NCBI GenBank assembly: GCA_964106915.2
Contig: OZ066929.1
Length of the DNA: 64,000 nucleotides
Source: Podarcis gaigeae
Taxonomy: Eukaryota
Reading direction: 5' to 3' (one strand)
How positions within the stretch are numbered: the first letter of the stretch is position 1; each line of letters opens with the position of its first letter. A program made the position numbers and the translations under genes. Below, one piece after another: positions 42,413 to 54,887 of this stretch. The notes beneath the pieces are model-generated. The model searched no databases, was not told the DNA's origin, and saw nothing but the letters and a program-made list of their open reading frames with translations.

Positions 42413-42768
42413 GTAAGTTCCCAGAGGAGAAACATCATGATTCAACCAGGAGAAATACCACAGACGAGTCCTCTCACTTTCACTGATGGGATTTTTGCTT
42501 TACATAAGGAAATCAGGGTGTCAGTAAAAGAGAGCCTAATACAAAATAAAAAAGGTGGATGGTGTTTCGCAGCCTGTGACATTGGGACAAGTTTTGCGTC
42601 CCTTCTGTTCGTTGCACTTTCTGATGTTTGTACAACATCCTCCGCTTTGGGTTTTGGCTGTGAAGTGTCTCCCTTTGAAACATTTCCACTCAGACAAGGT
42701 CTGCCGGAACTGGGGCTGGAGCCAAAGGTGTCTTCCTTGTTTTGTAGTTTCTTTCTTCTTCTTTTAAG

Positions 42769-42951
42769 ATGGAGGGGATGTAGCTGCTGCCAATGCCAGC
42801 AATGGCCCCGAGGAGTCAGAGAACGAGGAAGATGGTTATGACGTGCCCAGGCCAGCCCTCCCGTTGACTCTGGCTCGCCGCACCCTCTCAGATATCTCCA
42901 ATGCAACCTCTGCCTTCAGCCGGACCTCTTTGGATGGGGAAATCTTATCAG
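42769..42951 (+). CDS. CBL: CBL exon 15
   Basis: tttaag|[45 protein letters not shown]...GEILS|gttcgt; 183 nt; YDVP motif. Confidence 0.92.
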
Positions 42952-43609
42952 GTTCGTTGGTTTCATATAGTGTTTCTGTGCTACCCAACAAAAAAAGTTC
43001 TATGGGTGTTTTAAAGCATCAATCAAATAATAAAATACAGATTTGAGACCACAATACAAAAAGAAAGCATAAAGGTTTAGAAGCAGAACATATAATCAAT
43101 AAGGCAACTCCCCATTTACGCATGTTCAAGGCACATGCGACCACACACACACATCACTATGAACCCAGAAGTGGCACAAAAAGGGGCAGAAATGGTGTCT
43201 AGCAATCCCACAAACTTTTGGACCAACCTTTGAGGCCTGAGAGGTATTGGAGTTCGAGCAAGGTGGTTTGGAGGAAGCATGTGCGGTGGAGTTTGGTGGT
43301 GGTTGGTTATTATTATTATTATTAATTTTATTTTGATTGATTGAATTTGTATACCACCCTCTACCCTGAGGTCTCGGGCCATTTTTTTCAAGGGTTTTTC
43401 AAGGGCTTACAGAGGTTTGGAGGGCATTTGCAGGCTTTTTCAATGGTGTTCCCAGAACATGTGATTTCATTTAAATGCGTGGTGCCTTGGAACGTAACCC
43501 CTGCGTAAATGGGGAGCTTTCTGTATAAGCAGTGGAAGATTTTAAACATTTTTTTAAATGAAAAAAGCCTCCCCCCACTCAAGACTTAAAGAGATGAATA
43601 AAATGCCTG

Positions 43610-43610
<1 letters not shown>

Positions 43611-43671
<61 letters not shown>

Positions 43672-43725
43672 GTGTTTTATATTCATTTATACCCTGCCCA
43701 TCTGGATGGGTTTCCCCAGCCACAG
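43611..43725 (-). mobile_element. LINE 3' end with (AAT)20 tail
   Basis: (AAT)20 at 43611-43670 next to gcccatctggatgggtttccccagccac, the reverse complement of the 19775 element. Confidence 0.6.
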
Positions 43726-44756
43726 ATAGACGCCAGGTAAGCCTTTGTGCGGAAAGCATTCCACCAGCAGGCTGGCATCAGGGCACCCTTCCAATTTTGC
43801 TGCATGGTAGGTCTTACAGGCCAGCCCTGTACTCCCCTCTTGCGCAGTTCCATGGTTCGTGAACAGTGTAGGGCAGAAGCATCTGCTGTGGCTGACAAGC
43901 TGCTCTCCACCTGTTGCCAAGGGGATCTTTTGCACTAGATTTTGATGCTGCAAACCCGCTGGTGCCACATCCCAACTTGTGAGAGAGCTCATCCGTAGCC
44001 CTTTGTGCTCTGGAGTGAGCTCCGAGAGGGACTTGCGCATGCTTTTCCTCTCTTTGTTTGTAAGAGAGGCTGGGAACTTGGCAGGCAATGCGGTTTTGAG
44101 GCGTTCCTTTTTCTTGCGCTTTGTCAAGCATTTCTCAGAATGCCTGCAGCACAAAGGCTACTTCTGCTTAACATCAGCATGCCAGATATGACGCAACCTA
44201 AACCACAAAGTTCGCCATTTCTCAACCTCCCCGGGGTGATAAGAGAGGATTAATATTCAATTTCAGCTGTTGAGGATAACTATTGCATTGATGCAAGTAG
44301 CACCAAATTTAATTGAGTTTTGATTCCAGGTAAAACATGTGGCTGTTCCTCTAAGCAATTGACTAAAGTGGTGTATCTCACCTTGGCTGATGAAGTTAGC
44401 GTTTTGCCTGTTTTTAATCTTTAGGTTGTACATAAATAAAATAGTGCTTTATATTGTGTATTAATGCTCCTGAACAAGGGAGACCAGGTTATAAATAAAC
44501 GAATTGGCTATCTGGGTGTTCAAGCTGCTGAATATCTGAAATCTATTAATCTTTCTGCATACAAGGTTGCAATTATATTCCGGTTAACCATAGGATTTAA
44601 TGGTGAAGAGTTAGGTCTTGTGAAAGAGAAGAATTTCACCTGCAGATTCCCAGATGTTCAAAGGGCATGAAGCTGAGACTGTGTGACCTTTAAAAAGTAC
44701 CTGTCCTCCTGCCCCTGTCCCTCCCTCCCCAAATGATATGGTTCTTTCTCTTCCAG

Positions 44757-45040
44757 GTTTGTCTGATGGCTCCCAGGTCCCAGAGCGGCCTCCGAAGCCC
44801 TTGCCCCGGAGGATAAACTCTGAACGCAAAGCAGGCAGTTGCTTGCAAGCTGGTGGAGCAGGGCCGGCCCCTGCTCCCTCCCCGCAGCTCTCCAGCGAGA
44901 TCGAGAACCTCATGAGCCAAGGCTACTCATATCAGGACATCCAGAAAGCCCTCGTCATTGCCCATAACAATATCGACATGGCCAAAAATATTCTGCGGGA
45001 GTTTGTCTCCGTCTCCTCCCCCGCTCACCTAGCCACATAG
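44757..45040 (+). CDS. CBL: CBL exon 16 (UBA domain, stop)
   Basis: ttccag|[24 protein letters not shown]...[49 protein letters not shown]; TAG at 45038-45040. Confidence 0.96.
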
Positions 45041-48000
45041 CACACATCCCCTTGGCCCTGCCTGGGACACCCCTGCGCATCCAACCTGCCTGGGCAGTCT
45101 CCTGCCCAGCTTCTACCTAGAGGAGGCAACGGGCTCCGCGAGAGACTTCCTGCGAAGGCAGGCTTGCCTCGACAGAGAGTAATCGGTCATCAGGGTTTCA
45201 TGCGATTCCAGGTTTCCAAGCAAACGGAACGAAACGGAGCAGATAGGTGCGTCCTCTCCAGTCTGTGTGTCTTTTGGAGTCCCTCCCCTCTTGGCCCTTC
45301 CCTCCCGCACGTCCTCGTTGGAGGGGGCGGTTGTGTCGCTTTGGAAAGACCTCTTGGTTGCTGTGCTGGTGGACAAGAGGGCGGGAGCGGAAGGGCGTTT
45401 GCCGGGGTGTCTTTGTGTCGTGCTGTGAATTAAAAGGGGATGCCAGTCTGTCGAATGGTGTCTCCACCTTTCTTGTGGCGTGCCCTCCTGTGGTTCAGGG
45501 TACTGAATCGGGGCCTCTTTGCTGCTGTATGTTTTGGCTCAGGCTTTTTAGACCACCTGCTACCGGGTACAGATTCTTGACTTAAGGAAGTGGTTTTGGT
45601 AGCTTCCTTCTGCTACAACACCCTCCCTCTCTCACCCCACAACCTCCCCCAAATGTTCTCCTTGTTCCCTTTCTACATCTCCAGTCATTTCTGGCTCCTC
45701 CTCGGTCTGAGTCAGGCTTCTCCTGTTGCCAGCATTAACCTGACGCACACTGGATTTTAAGGCATCGGAGATGCAAGACGTCTTGCCTGCTCTCGGGCTG
45801 GTGCGATGATTGGATTAGCTGCGTGGCCCCCCAGCTCCAAGCATTCTGTGCTGTCCTGCTTTTACGTAACCGAGGCTGTTGAGGACTGGAGCAGCTGCCC
45901 TTTAACACACCCAGAGCTGCTGCTTGGTCAACGTGGCATGTCATCTTCATAGCATCTACAAGTCCCGTGGCCATCGGATCCCTTATTTCCTTTCACTTCC
46001 TGTGGATGAGAGTTAACTGTGCTGGATTACTTATGCATTGATGTGGGCAGCTGCATCCAGCATCTGTGGAAATAATTTTTGACCAGCTCAGCAGTCAAAA
46101 TGCAACAACTCCCTGCAGGGCTTTTGTGAAAGGGGATGATTCCCCACCCCCGCCTCCTTCGCTCTGCTTGTTGCATTTTTCTTTTTAAAGTTCAGGTTCT
46201 TTTGACAAACAAGTCAAAAGAAACCGTAACAGGAGGGGAGAAAAAGAAGAGTGTGGCTTCTGAATGTTGCCCTTGTTTGGGCAGGTTAATGGAGGTTCAG
46301 AAAGATGAATTTGGACCTTGATGGCCACCGTCTGGCTGATGGACAGCAGGCAACCTGAATTTAGAGGGCGCCTTCCCTCTTCCATCCTCTTCCTCAAGCC
46401 TTCACTACAGTCTCCCCAATTACAGCATTAGTCATGTGAAAATTTATGTCTCAAAACAAGTTGCATGTTTGGTTTTCCCTGCAGTTTCCCTGTTTAAATA
46501 GGCCTGGTTCCTCTGCCCCAGATAAGGATACTAAGACTTTCCCCCCAGAAGGGGGGGGGCATAGAAAAAGGCTGCTTATCTTGTGTTTCTCTCTAAATGG
46601 GCAGCCTTGCTTGCCCACGAGCGCTTGGATCCCTGGGGAATAACTGCAGAGGATGTCAGAGATGGCACCTGGTTGTGCAGGTGCCGTGAATGCACCTAGC
46701 TGGCACTTTGTTAATTGTCAGCAGTGCTGTTTGAATGACACACTATGAAGATTTGAAGACTGGCAGGAGTTTGCTGTTGCCTGCAGTGGTCCAAAAGCAG
46801 AATTGTTGACCTGGCAGCTGTGGCCCTTCTCTTGCTGCCCAGAGAAAGAGTTGTCAGTTGCCAACACCTCACAGAGGCTTCAGAAGCCCCCTCCATGCAT
46901 GGGACGGGCAGTGGCAATGTCGGTCTGATCTTGCTGCTTTCATGTGAAACACTGTGAAGATTATTACCTAGGAGGTCTCGGCTAGAGTGCATTTTGAATA
47001 ACTTGATAGCATTTAGGAGCAGGTGAGCAGAGGGTCCTTGCAACAACTGCAGAGTAGAGAGTTGTGGCCAGGCAGTTAGGGACCAAGGGGGCTGTGCAAT
47101 TTCAGAGTGTGAAATGTTGGAGCAACCACTGGACGCTCCTCTTGGATATTTCTTCCCACATCCGGGCCACGAACTCCACATCAGTTTTGGGGACTAGTTT
47201 GGTGAGGACTAGCTCTTTGCAAAGCTGATTTCCTAGTCCGCTGGAGAAGCTGTTGACGTAGCACTGGAAACTCGGTTGCAGTCAGCCTTAATCTCTTTGT
47301 GCAAAGCGGCAGCACCAACTTGCCTTTGCAGATGGGCCTCTGCAGATGCTCTCCACACCCTGAGCAGGGCCATCGTCGTTTCGGGACGCCTTCTGCCTGA
47401 CAGGAACACTCCACGTACTATAGCTGACTTTACTGCATGTCTCCTTTTTGTCCACTTCTTGTGTCTTACATTTACATGAGAACTTTTAAAGTGGCTCTTT
47501 CTCCTCGAACCACATGAATGTCTTTGTTTGCAAGCACAAGGGAGGCAGAACGAAAAACGCCTCCCGGGGTGTGTTCCCTGCTGCTTTTAAAAATTTTACC
47601 TTATTATGTTTCCCCCCCGTGTCTCTTAATCTTTAAAAAAAAAGAAAAAAAGGTTGACTTATTTTACTTAAAGCCAAATGTATAGTGCCTTTTGATGGGG
47701 GAAATGCTCTATCTCCAATCTTGCATCTGAAGAAGAGACAGATTTAAAACTTGACCAGGGAAATCCATGGAGCTGCTCCTTGGAAGGAGAAAGCTGTCGC
47801 CCCAAAGCTAACATAGTGGTGTGTTTGGTTTTGTGTGGGTGTGTTGTTCAGCCTGAGCAGGTTTTCTCTACCTTAGTCCTTAGTGTTGGGGAGTTGTTCG
47901 TATTGCTGGCTGCCCTAAGCTTGGATTGAAGGCAGTAATAGCGCAACTCCGACGCAGGATTTTGACACAACCAGTGTGGGTCACCCAAAATATCCCAGTT

Positions 48001-48873
48001 TGTCGCCCCCCCCCCCGTCCCCATCCTTTTTCTTTTTAAAAACAAATGAGGCTTAAGACTGGAAGCAAAATACAGCTGCACCTCCAGGCACATGTGTCAA
48101 GTTTCCTGTCTACTTCCGAACCTCTCTGTGTGCGGGGATGGAGTGCAATCTTCTGGGATTGTCTGTTGAGGCTCCACTCGATTCTCCCACATAGTTTTGC
48201 AAGGAGTTTCCTGTGGATTTTGTCCTGAAGTATTAAATGTCCAGTGCCTGTTCAATTTGCAGCATCCATTTTGCAAATGCTGCCTCCCCCACCTTAGAGC
48301 TGCATATGCATTTGGGGTAAGGGTGTGCGGCTTTACAAATGTCACTTCGAGTAGCCAATTTCGGAGCAGTGCGACTTGCCATTGGCGGCCCTGTTAGCTC
48401 ACTGGTGTACAACCGCTGCTCTCGTGACTAAAACTGCAAGGCGGGGAGGGGGGGGCTAGGAAAGCTGAAATGCTTAATGGATAAATTACCTTTGAGTGGG
48501 AGAGAGAGGTTATTAGTAGCTTTATTTCTCCTGAAGGTTGAGAACCAATTTTAATATCAGTGTTAAAAAATAAATGAATTCAGATTTTCACTGACTATTT
48601 TAAAAGTTATAATAATGTCATTAATATAAAAAATATATTAGCAGTATTTAATCCTTTCAGACCTGTAAAGAATAAGAACAGAAGGTAAATATTCTTACAG
48701 AGTAGCTGAGCTTTAAGGTTCATTTGGTCTAAAGTCCTCATTTTGTTCTGCAAAATGCATTGTTAATGTTTTTAGAGGTTATACTAATGTTATTTATTTT
48801 TTATTTTTCATTCTTGTAAGCTGCCCACGAAAGAGCTTGTGGAGGATTTAGGGTATTTCATGTGTGTCAGTAA

Positions 48874-48905
48874 AATAAAAAAACAAAGTTTTATTTTTAA
48901 ATAAA
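48874..48905 (+). terminator. CBL proximal polyadenylation signals
   Basis: AATAAA at 48874 and 48900, followed by GT/T-rich ttgttgt...tgttgtgt; AU-rich upstream. Confidence 0.55.
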
Positions 48906-49205
48906 TTTCTTTGTTGTAGCATATTGCTTCTGTTGTGTCATTTGCAACTCCAGTGAAATTGGGCCTTATCCCAGTAAGTTTTACGTGTACTCAAACTTCA
49001 CAAAAGTGTACCGTGGCTGTCTCCCTGGAACTGATGCTCCTTGCTTGGGATCTCTGCTCACATTCCATCCAAGTCAGAGCTCTGCTTCTAGCTATGGGTT
49101 GTATGATTTGGTGTATTTTAAGTGCTCAAAAAAAATATTATGTGGTTTGGAAACCTGTGATTCCCCCCCAGATGATGTTGGATGATGACTCCCATCCTGT
49201 TGGGA

Positions 49206-49264
49206 ATCATAGAATTGTAGAGTTGGAAGGGACCCTGAGAGTAATCTAGTCTACCCCCTTGCAA
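49206..49264 (-). mobile_element. Short CR1 3' end
   Basis: aatcatagaattgtagagttggaagggacc...tctagtcta; same terminus as 35411. Confidence 0.6.
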
Positions 49265-50536
49265 GTTTAACAGCATATGAAGTACTGCAGAAATGAGGAC
49301 TAAACTCCAGCATTCTAGTAAGCTTTGCCTTTTCTGTAAGCTGGCATCCTTAAGTCAATGAAAGATAAGGCTTTCATTGGGACAGTGTTTGTGGGCAGGG
49401 CCCAATGCCTTCTGCAATTTTTCCTATCTGAATTCTTGCCCCTACAGCCTGAGAGGAGGTTTACAATTCCTTCCCTTGCCCACAGAACCTGGTTTCACTT
49501 ACGATTTTGACAGAACTCCCACCCACCTATACAGAAATGCCAGGCAAACATTGCTTACATTGATAGAAGTGGAGAGGGGAAGATGTATGTTTAAAATAAA
49601 CTAATCTTCAGCAAGAATTTTTAGACACAATGCATCATGTTACCTGCTAATCCATGCCTGTGTGAATCAGGTATTTTAAACCTTCAAGTGCTTTACAGTG
49701 GCTGATATTTTCCCCTTGCCATGTATTCCATTCATTAGGAAAGAGCCAATGCTTGAAGACTTTAGCTTTTTATTTTTCATATACATATATATATATATAA
49801 ACCCTGCAACTCAGACACTCTTAAATTTACACACATCAACAAAAATATATAACAAAAGCATTTTTTGTTTGTTTGCTAATTTTATAGCTTACACGGAAAG
49901 CGCAACACCCCCTTCCTCCCCCCGTTTTTGGTTGATGAGTTTGCACTTTTTAACCACTCGGAAAACAAAGAGTGTCTAAAGCAAAACCTTAACTGTTTTC
50001 CCCAGTTTGTGTTGAAAGCTGTTCACTTCGCTTTGAAGGGAATGGAAAACCGAACTCTGCAGGAAGTAATTCCGTATGGAAGCAGCTAGCTACAGTATTT
50101 CTTTCTGGTGTCCATTTAGAATTCTGGGGTGTGGACAGAGAAGCAGAAAGCTTTTCTTAGGCACTGGACCAGCATGGTGAAGTACGGCATCCTGTAATAC
50201 TTCCTGGCATGTTTAAGGATGAAGAGAGTTGTCATCAGCACCTGCTCTGAAGGCTGCATGACAATCTCATTTTGGTACAGGCACCAGCTTCCTTCACATT
50301 CTCCGTGTGTCACCTGCTGCTGCTGCTGCTGCTGCTATCAGGGCAGAGCAATTCAAGATGAATTCCAATGCACTCGATCTGTTAGCACAAGAATTTACAC
50401 TTCTCTCTTCCTCACCCCCTCATCTGTCCCCTGCTCCGGAGGGTTGAGAAAACAGATTTTTTTTGGGGGGGGGGACCACCAGGGAGGAAGCATAAATCCT
50501 TGTGCTAACAGAGCAGGTTCCTTGGTGCTACACTGA

Positions 50537-50542
50537 AATAAA
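50537..50542 (+). terminator. Candidate CBL distal polyadenylation signal
   Basis: AATAAA about 245 nt before the opposing MCAM signal; consistent with a long CBL 3' UTR. Confidence 0.45.
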
Positions 50543-50785
50543 ACCCAAAATAATTGTAGAAAACTACCTCATGTGCTTAACATCCTATTTTAGTGCCTTG
50601 TTTCTGCTCCTGTGGCCTAAGGAGAGGCAGGACTTCCAAAGATTGGCAAGTGTGTCACCTGCAGCAAGGTAACCCAGAAGATCTGCAGAAAGGTTTTTTT
50701 GGGGGGGGGGGGGCAGAAGGGACAATAACCTACGTTCTCGGGTAAAAACAAGTGTGACTATACAGTGTTTGTACAAAAAAGAGAC

Positions 50786-50791
50786 TTTATT
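50786..50791 (-). terminator. Candidate MCAM polyadenylation signal
   Basis: Minus-strand AATAAA followed by gtctcttttttgtacaaaca and T-rich sequence, about 770 nt past the MCAM stop. Confidence 0.55.
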
Positions 50792-51556
50792 CCTGTCATA
50801 ACATCTGAAGTGCAGAGAGAGCCTCCTCTCTGTACAGTTATCCTTTATGTTATATTGGAAGTAAGCAGCACTGACTTCAATGAAACTGAGTCCCTAGTGA
50901 GTGTCCTTAAGACTTCTTACCTCCATTCCCACCCCACCCTCTGCCGTTTTGAGGGCTAGGGCTTCTGAAGAGCAGCTGATTCCTTCAGCACCTTGCTGTG
51001 AAGAACAGCAACAGTTCAAGGAACAGCTGAGGCAACTCTGGCTTTCCACAAGTATTCTACATGCCAGACGGAGCCAAACCCATCACACACTCGCCATTCT
51101 CCAATCCTGTCTATAAGGTAAGATTTTTAAGTTTTCTTCTCCAATTTACAAAGTCTCAATTAAAAAAAAAATCTCCAACCAATTCAGCTCAGCAAGCGCT
51201 TCGCTGTTATATTTTTTCTTTTACAAACTGACTGAAGCCCCATACAATTATGGTAGACTATATGTTCCTCTACCTGCCCCGCTCAAAAACCCCTCCTTAA
51301 CGTGGATTCTCTAAAGGGAGTAATTTTTAAACTAAGACTCCTTTTTTTTTGGTCTGAAAACTGGTGATTTGCTTCAGCTGCTTTGTCCTTCAAAAACCTG
51401 AGGGTGAGGTTGCAAAGTATTATTTGCTGTGGAGCCATCTTGTGCCTTTTGCTGCTGCTGTGCCTCTGAAAGACTATGACCGGGGGAGCAAGAGGGGTGG
51501 AGCCATCGAGAAGGAACAGGAGAAATCTTCGAAGGGGCGCAGCTGTCTCTCCTTTC

Positions 51557-51586
51557 TCAGTTCCTCAAATCGATGTATTTCTCTCC
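51557..51586 (-). CDS. MCAM: MCAM last coding exon
   Basis: aaaaag|GEKYIDLRN*; matches the MCAM-long C-terminus GEKYIDLRH; alternative frame gives (M)ERNTSI*. Confidence 0.92.
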   Translation of the reverse strand, partial: GEKYIDLRN

Positions 51587-52499
51587 CTTTTTAAAGCAGC
51601 AAAAGAAAAAACAGAGTTACATTGCGATTATGGCCCAGTAAAATACAAGCACACCCACTTCTGTTGTCCCGCAGTGTGAGATAGCCGAGGTAAGATGATG
51701 GCAGCCGTTTTGAATGAGATTGCGTGACTGGCTTGGAGGCACAGTAAAAAGAAAAAAAAAAAAGCACATGCAGGACCATTTTTCTGTATAGAGAAGCTCC
51801 TCTGGCTAGACTGCAGGAGAGAGGCAGGAAAAGCCCTCCCATAGGTGGTTGCTAGAGAAAAGCTGAAGGGAAGAGACAATGGGGCTGCATGCACACTGTC
51901 CACATGGAGCACGAAAAGCTGCTTGATGGGAAGCTGGCAGGAGGGGCACCTGCCAAACGCAGGGAGCAGCAGGGGCTGAATTTGCTGGATCAGGGAGACC
52001 TAAGGGGAGGGGCAGAGGGGCATCTGCTGACACTAAGAAACCCACTTTTGGCCCATGCTAAAAGGCATGGGGCAAAAGCAAGAGCTATACCCCTTACGCA
52101 GAGAGACAGGAGAGACAGGCTCTTCCTGCTTGGATGTCTCAGCAGTGGAAAATGCTAAGCTTCCCCCGTTCAGTTCACTATTACAGTTTATGAAGCAGTG
52201 GTGGGCTTCCTAACGTAACCGCAGCACATTCAAGAGTGGGAGTGGGGGGCAGAAGGGCATAGCAGCTGGGCCAATCTACACCAGGGGTTACAAACCTCCC
52301 CCCCCCCAACATCATTTTTTTCTTTAAAAGGAATGGATAGCACACAGGCCGACAGCCATATGTGCAACCCAAGAAGGTGGATTTGGGGAAGGATGACACG
52401 TTGCATCAAAAACAATGTTTTTATATACACCATGTTTTTATACACCACATCTGGGTCCTCTGAACCATCGCCTCTGCTAGCCATGGCAAACTGGCCTAC

Positions 52500-52617
52500 C
52501 TGGTCACCTGCCGATCTCTTCTCGCCGTTGGCGCCCTGCAGGAGCCCCGCCTCTTCAGGAAGTTTATCTGACTTAACTTCAACTACAATCTCGTCTTTAT
52601 GCGCTTCGGGCTTTGTG
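52500..52617 (-). CDS. MCAM: MCAM cytoplasmic cassette exon (long isoform)
   Basis: ccctag|TKPEAHKDEIVVEVKSDKLPEEAGLLQGANGEKRSAGDQ|gtaggc; 118 nt; VVEVKSDKLPEE signature. Confidence 0.94.
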
Positions 52618-52844
52618 CTAGGGAGGAGGGAGGGTAACAGTGTTGAGACGCATCCCTGCAGAGTGGGTGGGCTGCAGGCTGGGACAGAACAGCAGTTCCC
52701 GGGGGGATTATCATTCAGCTCCTCTGGGTCCAGCAGAGGCTTGAGCTAGGCAAGTGCTTCAAGGGAGTGGAAGGGAACCCCACCACAGACCTTGTCCCCG
52801 CTGGAGTCTCTGGCCAGCATTGGAGGTGCTTAGAAAGCTTGCAA

Positions 52845-53212
52845 GGGACGCAGGTGGTGCTGTGGGTTAAACCACAGAGCCTAGGACTTGCCGATCAGAA
52901 GGTCGGCGGTTCAAATCCCCGCAGCGGGGTGAGCTCCTGTTGCTCAGTCCCTGCTCCTGCCAACCTAGCAGTTTGAAAGCACATCAAAGTGTAAGTAGAT
53001 AAATAGGTACCGCTCCGGCGGGAAGGTAAACGGCATTTCCGTGCGCTGCTCTGGTTCGCCAGAAGCGGCTAAGTCATGCTGGCCACATGATCCGGAAGCT
53101 GTATGCCGGCTCCCTCGGCCAATAAAGTGAGATGAGCGCCGCAACCCCAGAGTTGGCTAAGACTGGACCTAATGGTCAGGGGTCCCTTTACCTTTATAAA
53201 GCTTACCTTTAT
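52845..53212 (+). mobile_element. Sauria-type SINE, full length
   Basis: GGGACGC 5' end, B box GGTTCAAATCC, (TACCTT)-type tail, 11-bp TSD AAAGCTTGCAA at 52834-52844 and 53213-53223. Confidence 0.9.
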
Positions 53213-53578
53213 AAAGCTTGCAAAGCACTATTTGACCAGTGACTTGGGTGGGACAGAAGTCAGAAAGGCGTAATCTCATGGCCAAGGGCAAATGTCTTCT
53301 GCCTGCAGCCATCACTGATCAAGCTTTGTGTGTCAGAGGAGCTGCTCCCCCCCCCCCCCCAAGGCTGCTGAGTGGGAAATGACACTGCAAAGGGCCTAGT
53401 GGGCAACAGCAGTTCAAGGTCCACCCCACTTCCTCCCTCCCATGGGATCAGAAGCGCGCTGCTTGGTGCAAGGAGACTGGGAGGGGGCAGGAAGGGAAGA
53501 AGCGTGGTCTCTGGTAGATGGATGAGAGGGAAGGAGGGAGGCACCCAAAAGGCTGCAAGGAAAGGTGTGTGTGCTTAC

Positions 53579-53720
53579 ATCTCTTGTTTGCCTGAGCGGC
53601 CACAGGTGAGCTTCCCTTTCTTGTGCAGGAAGTAAAGGACGGCGCCCAGGACAGCAATCGCCAGGATGCAGATGACGACGGCCACAATGATCACACCTTT
53701 GCTCTCCTGTGCTGTCTGCT
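53579..53720 (-). CDS. MCAM: MCAM transmembrane exon
   Basis: gagcag|EQTAQESKGVIIVAVVICILAIAVLGAVLYFLHKKGKLTCGRSGKQE|gtaagc; 142 nt; hydrophobic TM segment plus KKGK juxtamembrane motif. Confidence 0.95.
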
Positions 53721-54791
53721 CTGCTCGGGAGAGGGGGGTGGAGGAGGAGGAAAGGAAATCCAAACAGAATCACCCTTCTTGCAGCCACAAAGCAGCTCTC
53801 AATATTTCCCTGGCTTCCTCCCAAAGTGTAGCTTGAACCAGGACTGAGCCCTTGCAGGTTGAAATAGAGAGGGGCCTCTCTGAGCATGGGCAGAGGGCCA
53901 CGAAGGCACAATTCCTGCAGGCATCACTTCATTGTTCTGTGAAGAAGATTACGGCACTGCTGCCATTTCCGCTCGCCACTTTGGAAGAACTGCCATTGGG
54001 AGGAAGAGAGAGAAAAGGCATTTCTGGGCAGAACTAAAGCAAAGATCTGCTCAAATGCAAAGGCCACTCAAAAAGTTGCTGGAGGGTTCTGGCAGCAGAT
54101 GTTTTGGGACTACAATTCCCATCGTCCCTGATCGCTGGTCAGGCTGGCTGCTGGGAATCTGCTGGGAGCCCAAAACGGTTGAAGGGCACCAAATTGGGGA
54201 AGTCTCCAATACATCTCAGAAGGAGACGGAAGGAGTGGAAAGCTCCTGGATCTTATGGCAAGACTGCCCCTCCTTCCTTGCAAAGCTATGCCCCATAATG
54301 CTTCATGGCAAGGCTCCATAAGTTGCTGTTTCTGGAACACAGAGGAACAGCACAACATGGAACTCAAATTCAGCTCATTTCTTTTTTTAAAGGAAAAAAA
54401 GCAGGTTCCTAGTCCTCTTGGCAATGGAGTTTAGCCAACACCTGCTCCAACCTCAGGAACTGACTTAGATTCCCAGAGGGGCAGGAGGGCAGCTGACGTA
54501 TAGCTCCTGAAGACTAGCAAAGAAAGAAACAAATAAGACAATCATGCACATTGACGCAGCTTCTCTTCCCCGCCCCCGCCGGTAGCCCAAAACTCTTAAT
54601 TTTTGGTTGTGTTTTTCAAAGCACGCACAGCCCTGGCTACTGTCTCTGAATCTGGAGTCAAGAAGACCAGCCAGCAAAATGCTAACAGGCGGCAAGAGCA
54701 AGCGTTGGTCCGATTGGCTGAGGAAGCCCCTCAGGATGAGGCCCCCCCTAACCAATGGGAGAGGCGGCTAGAGCGGAAGTAGAAAGGATAC

Positions 54792-54887
54792 CTTCCTCAG
54801 CCCTTCCAGGAGTTTGGGAAGTTGATGTCTGGTTGTACCCAAACTCGGAAGTTTCGTTCCCTGGCAAGGTGGTGTTGGAAAAGTCAT
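54792..54887 (-). CDS. MCAM: MCAM stalk exon, copy 1 (TM-proximal)
   Basis: gcccag|(D)DFSNTTLPGNETSEFGYNQTSTSQTPGRAEE|gtatcc; 96 nt, phase 1-1; sequons NTT, NET, NQT. Confidence 0.75.

Noticed and set aside
52845-52930. tRNA-like sequence with A/B boxes
   Set aside because: It is the tRNA-derived head of a SINE, with SINE body, tail and TSD; not a tRNA gene.
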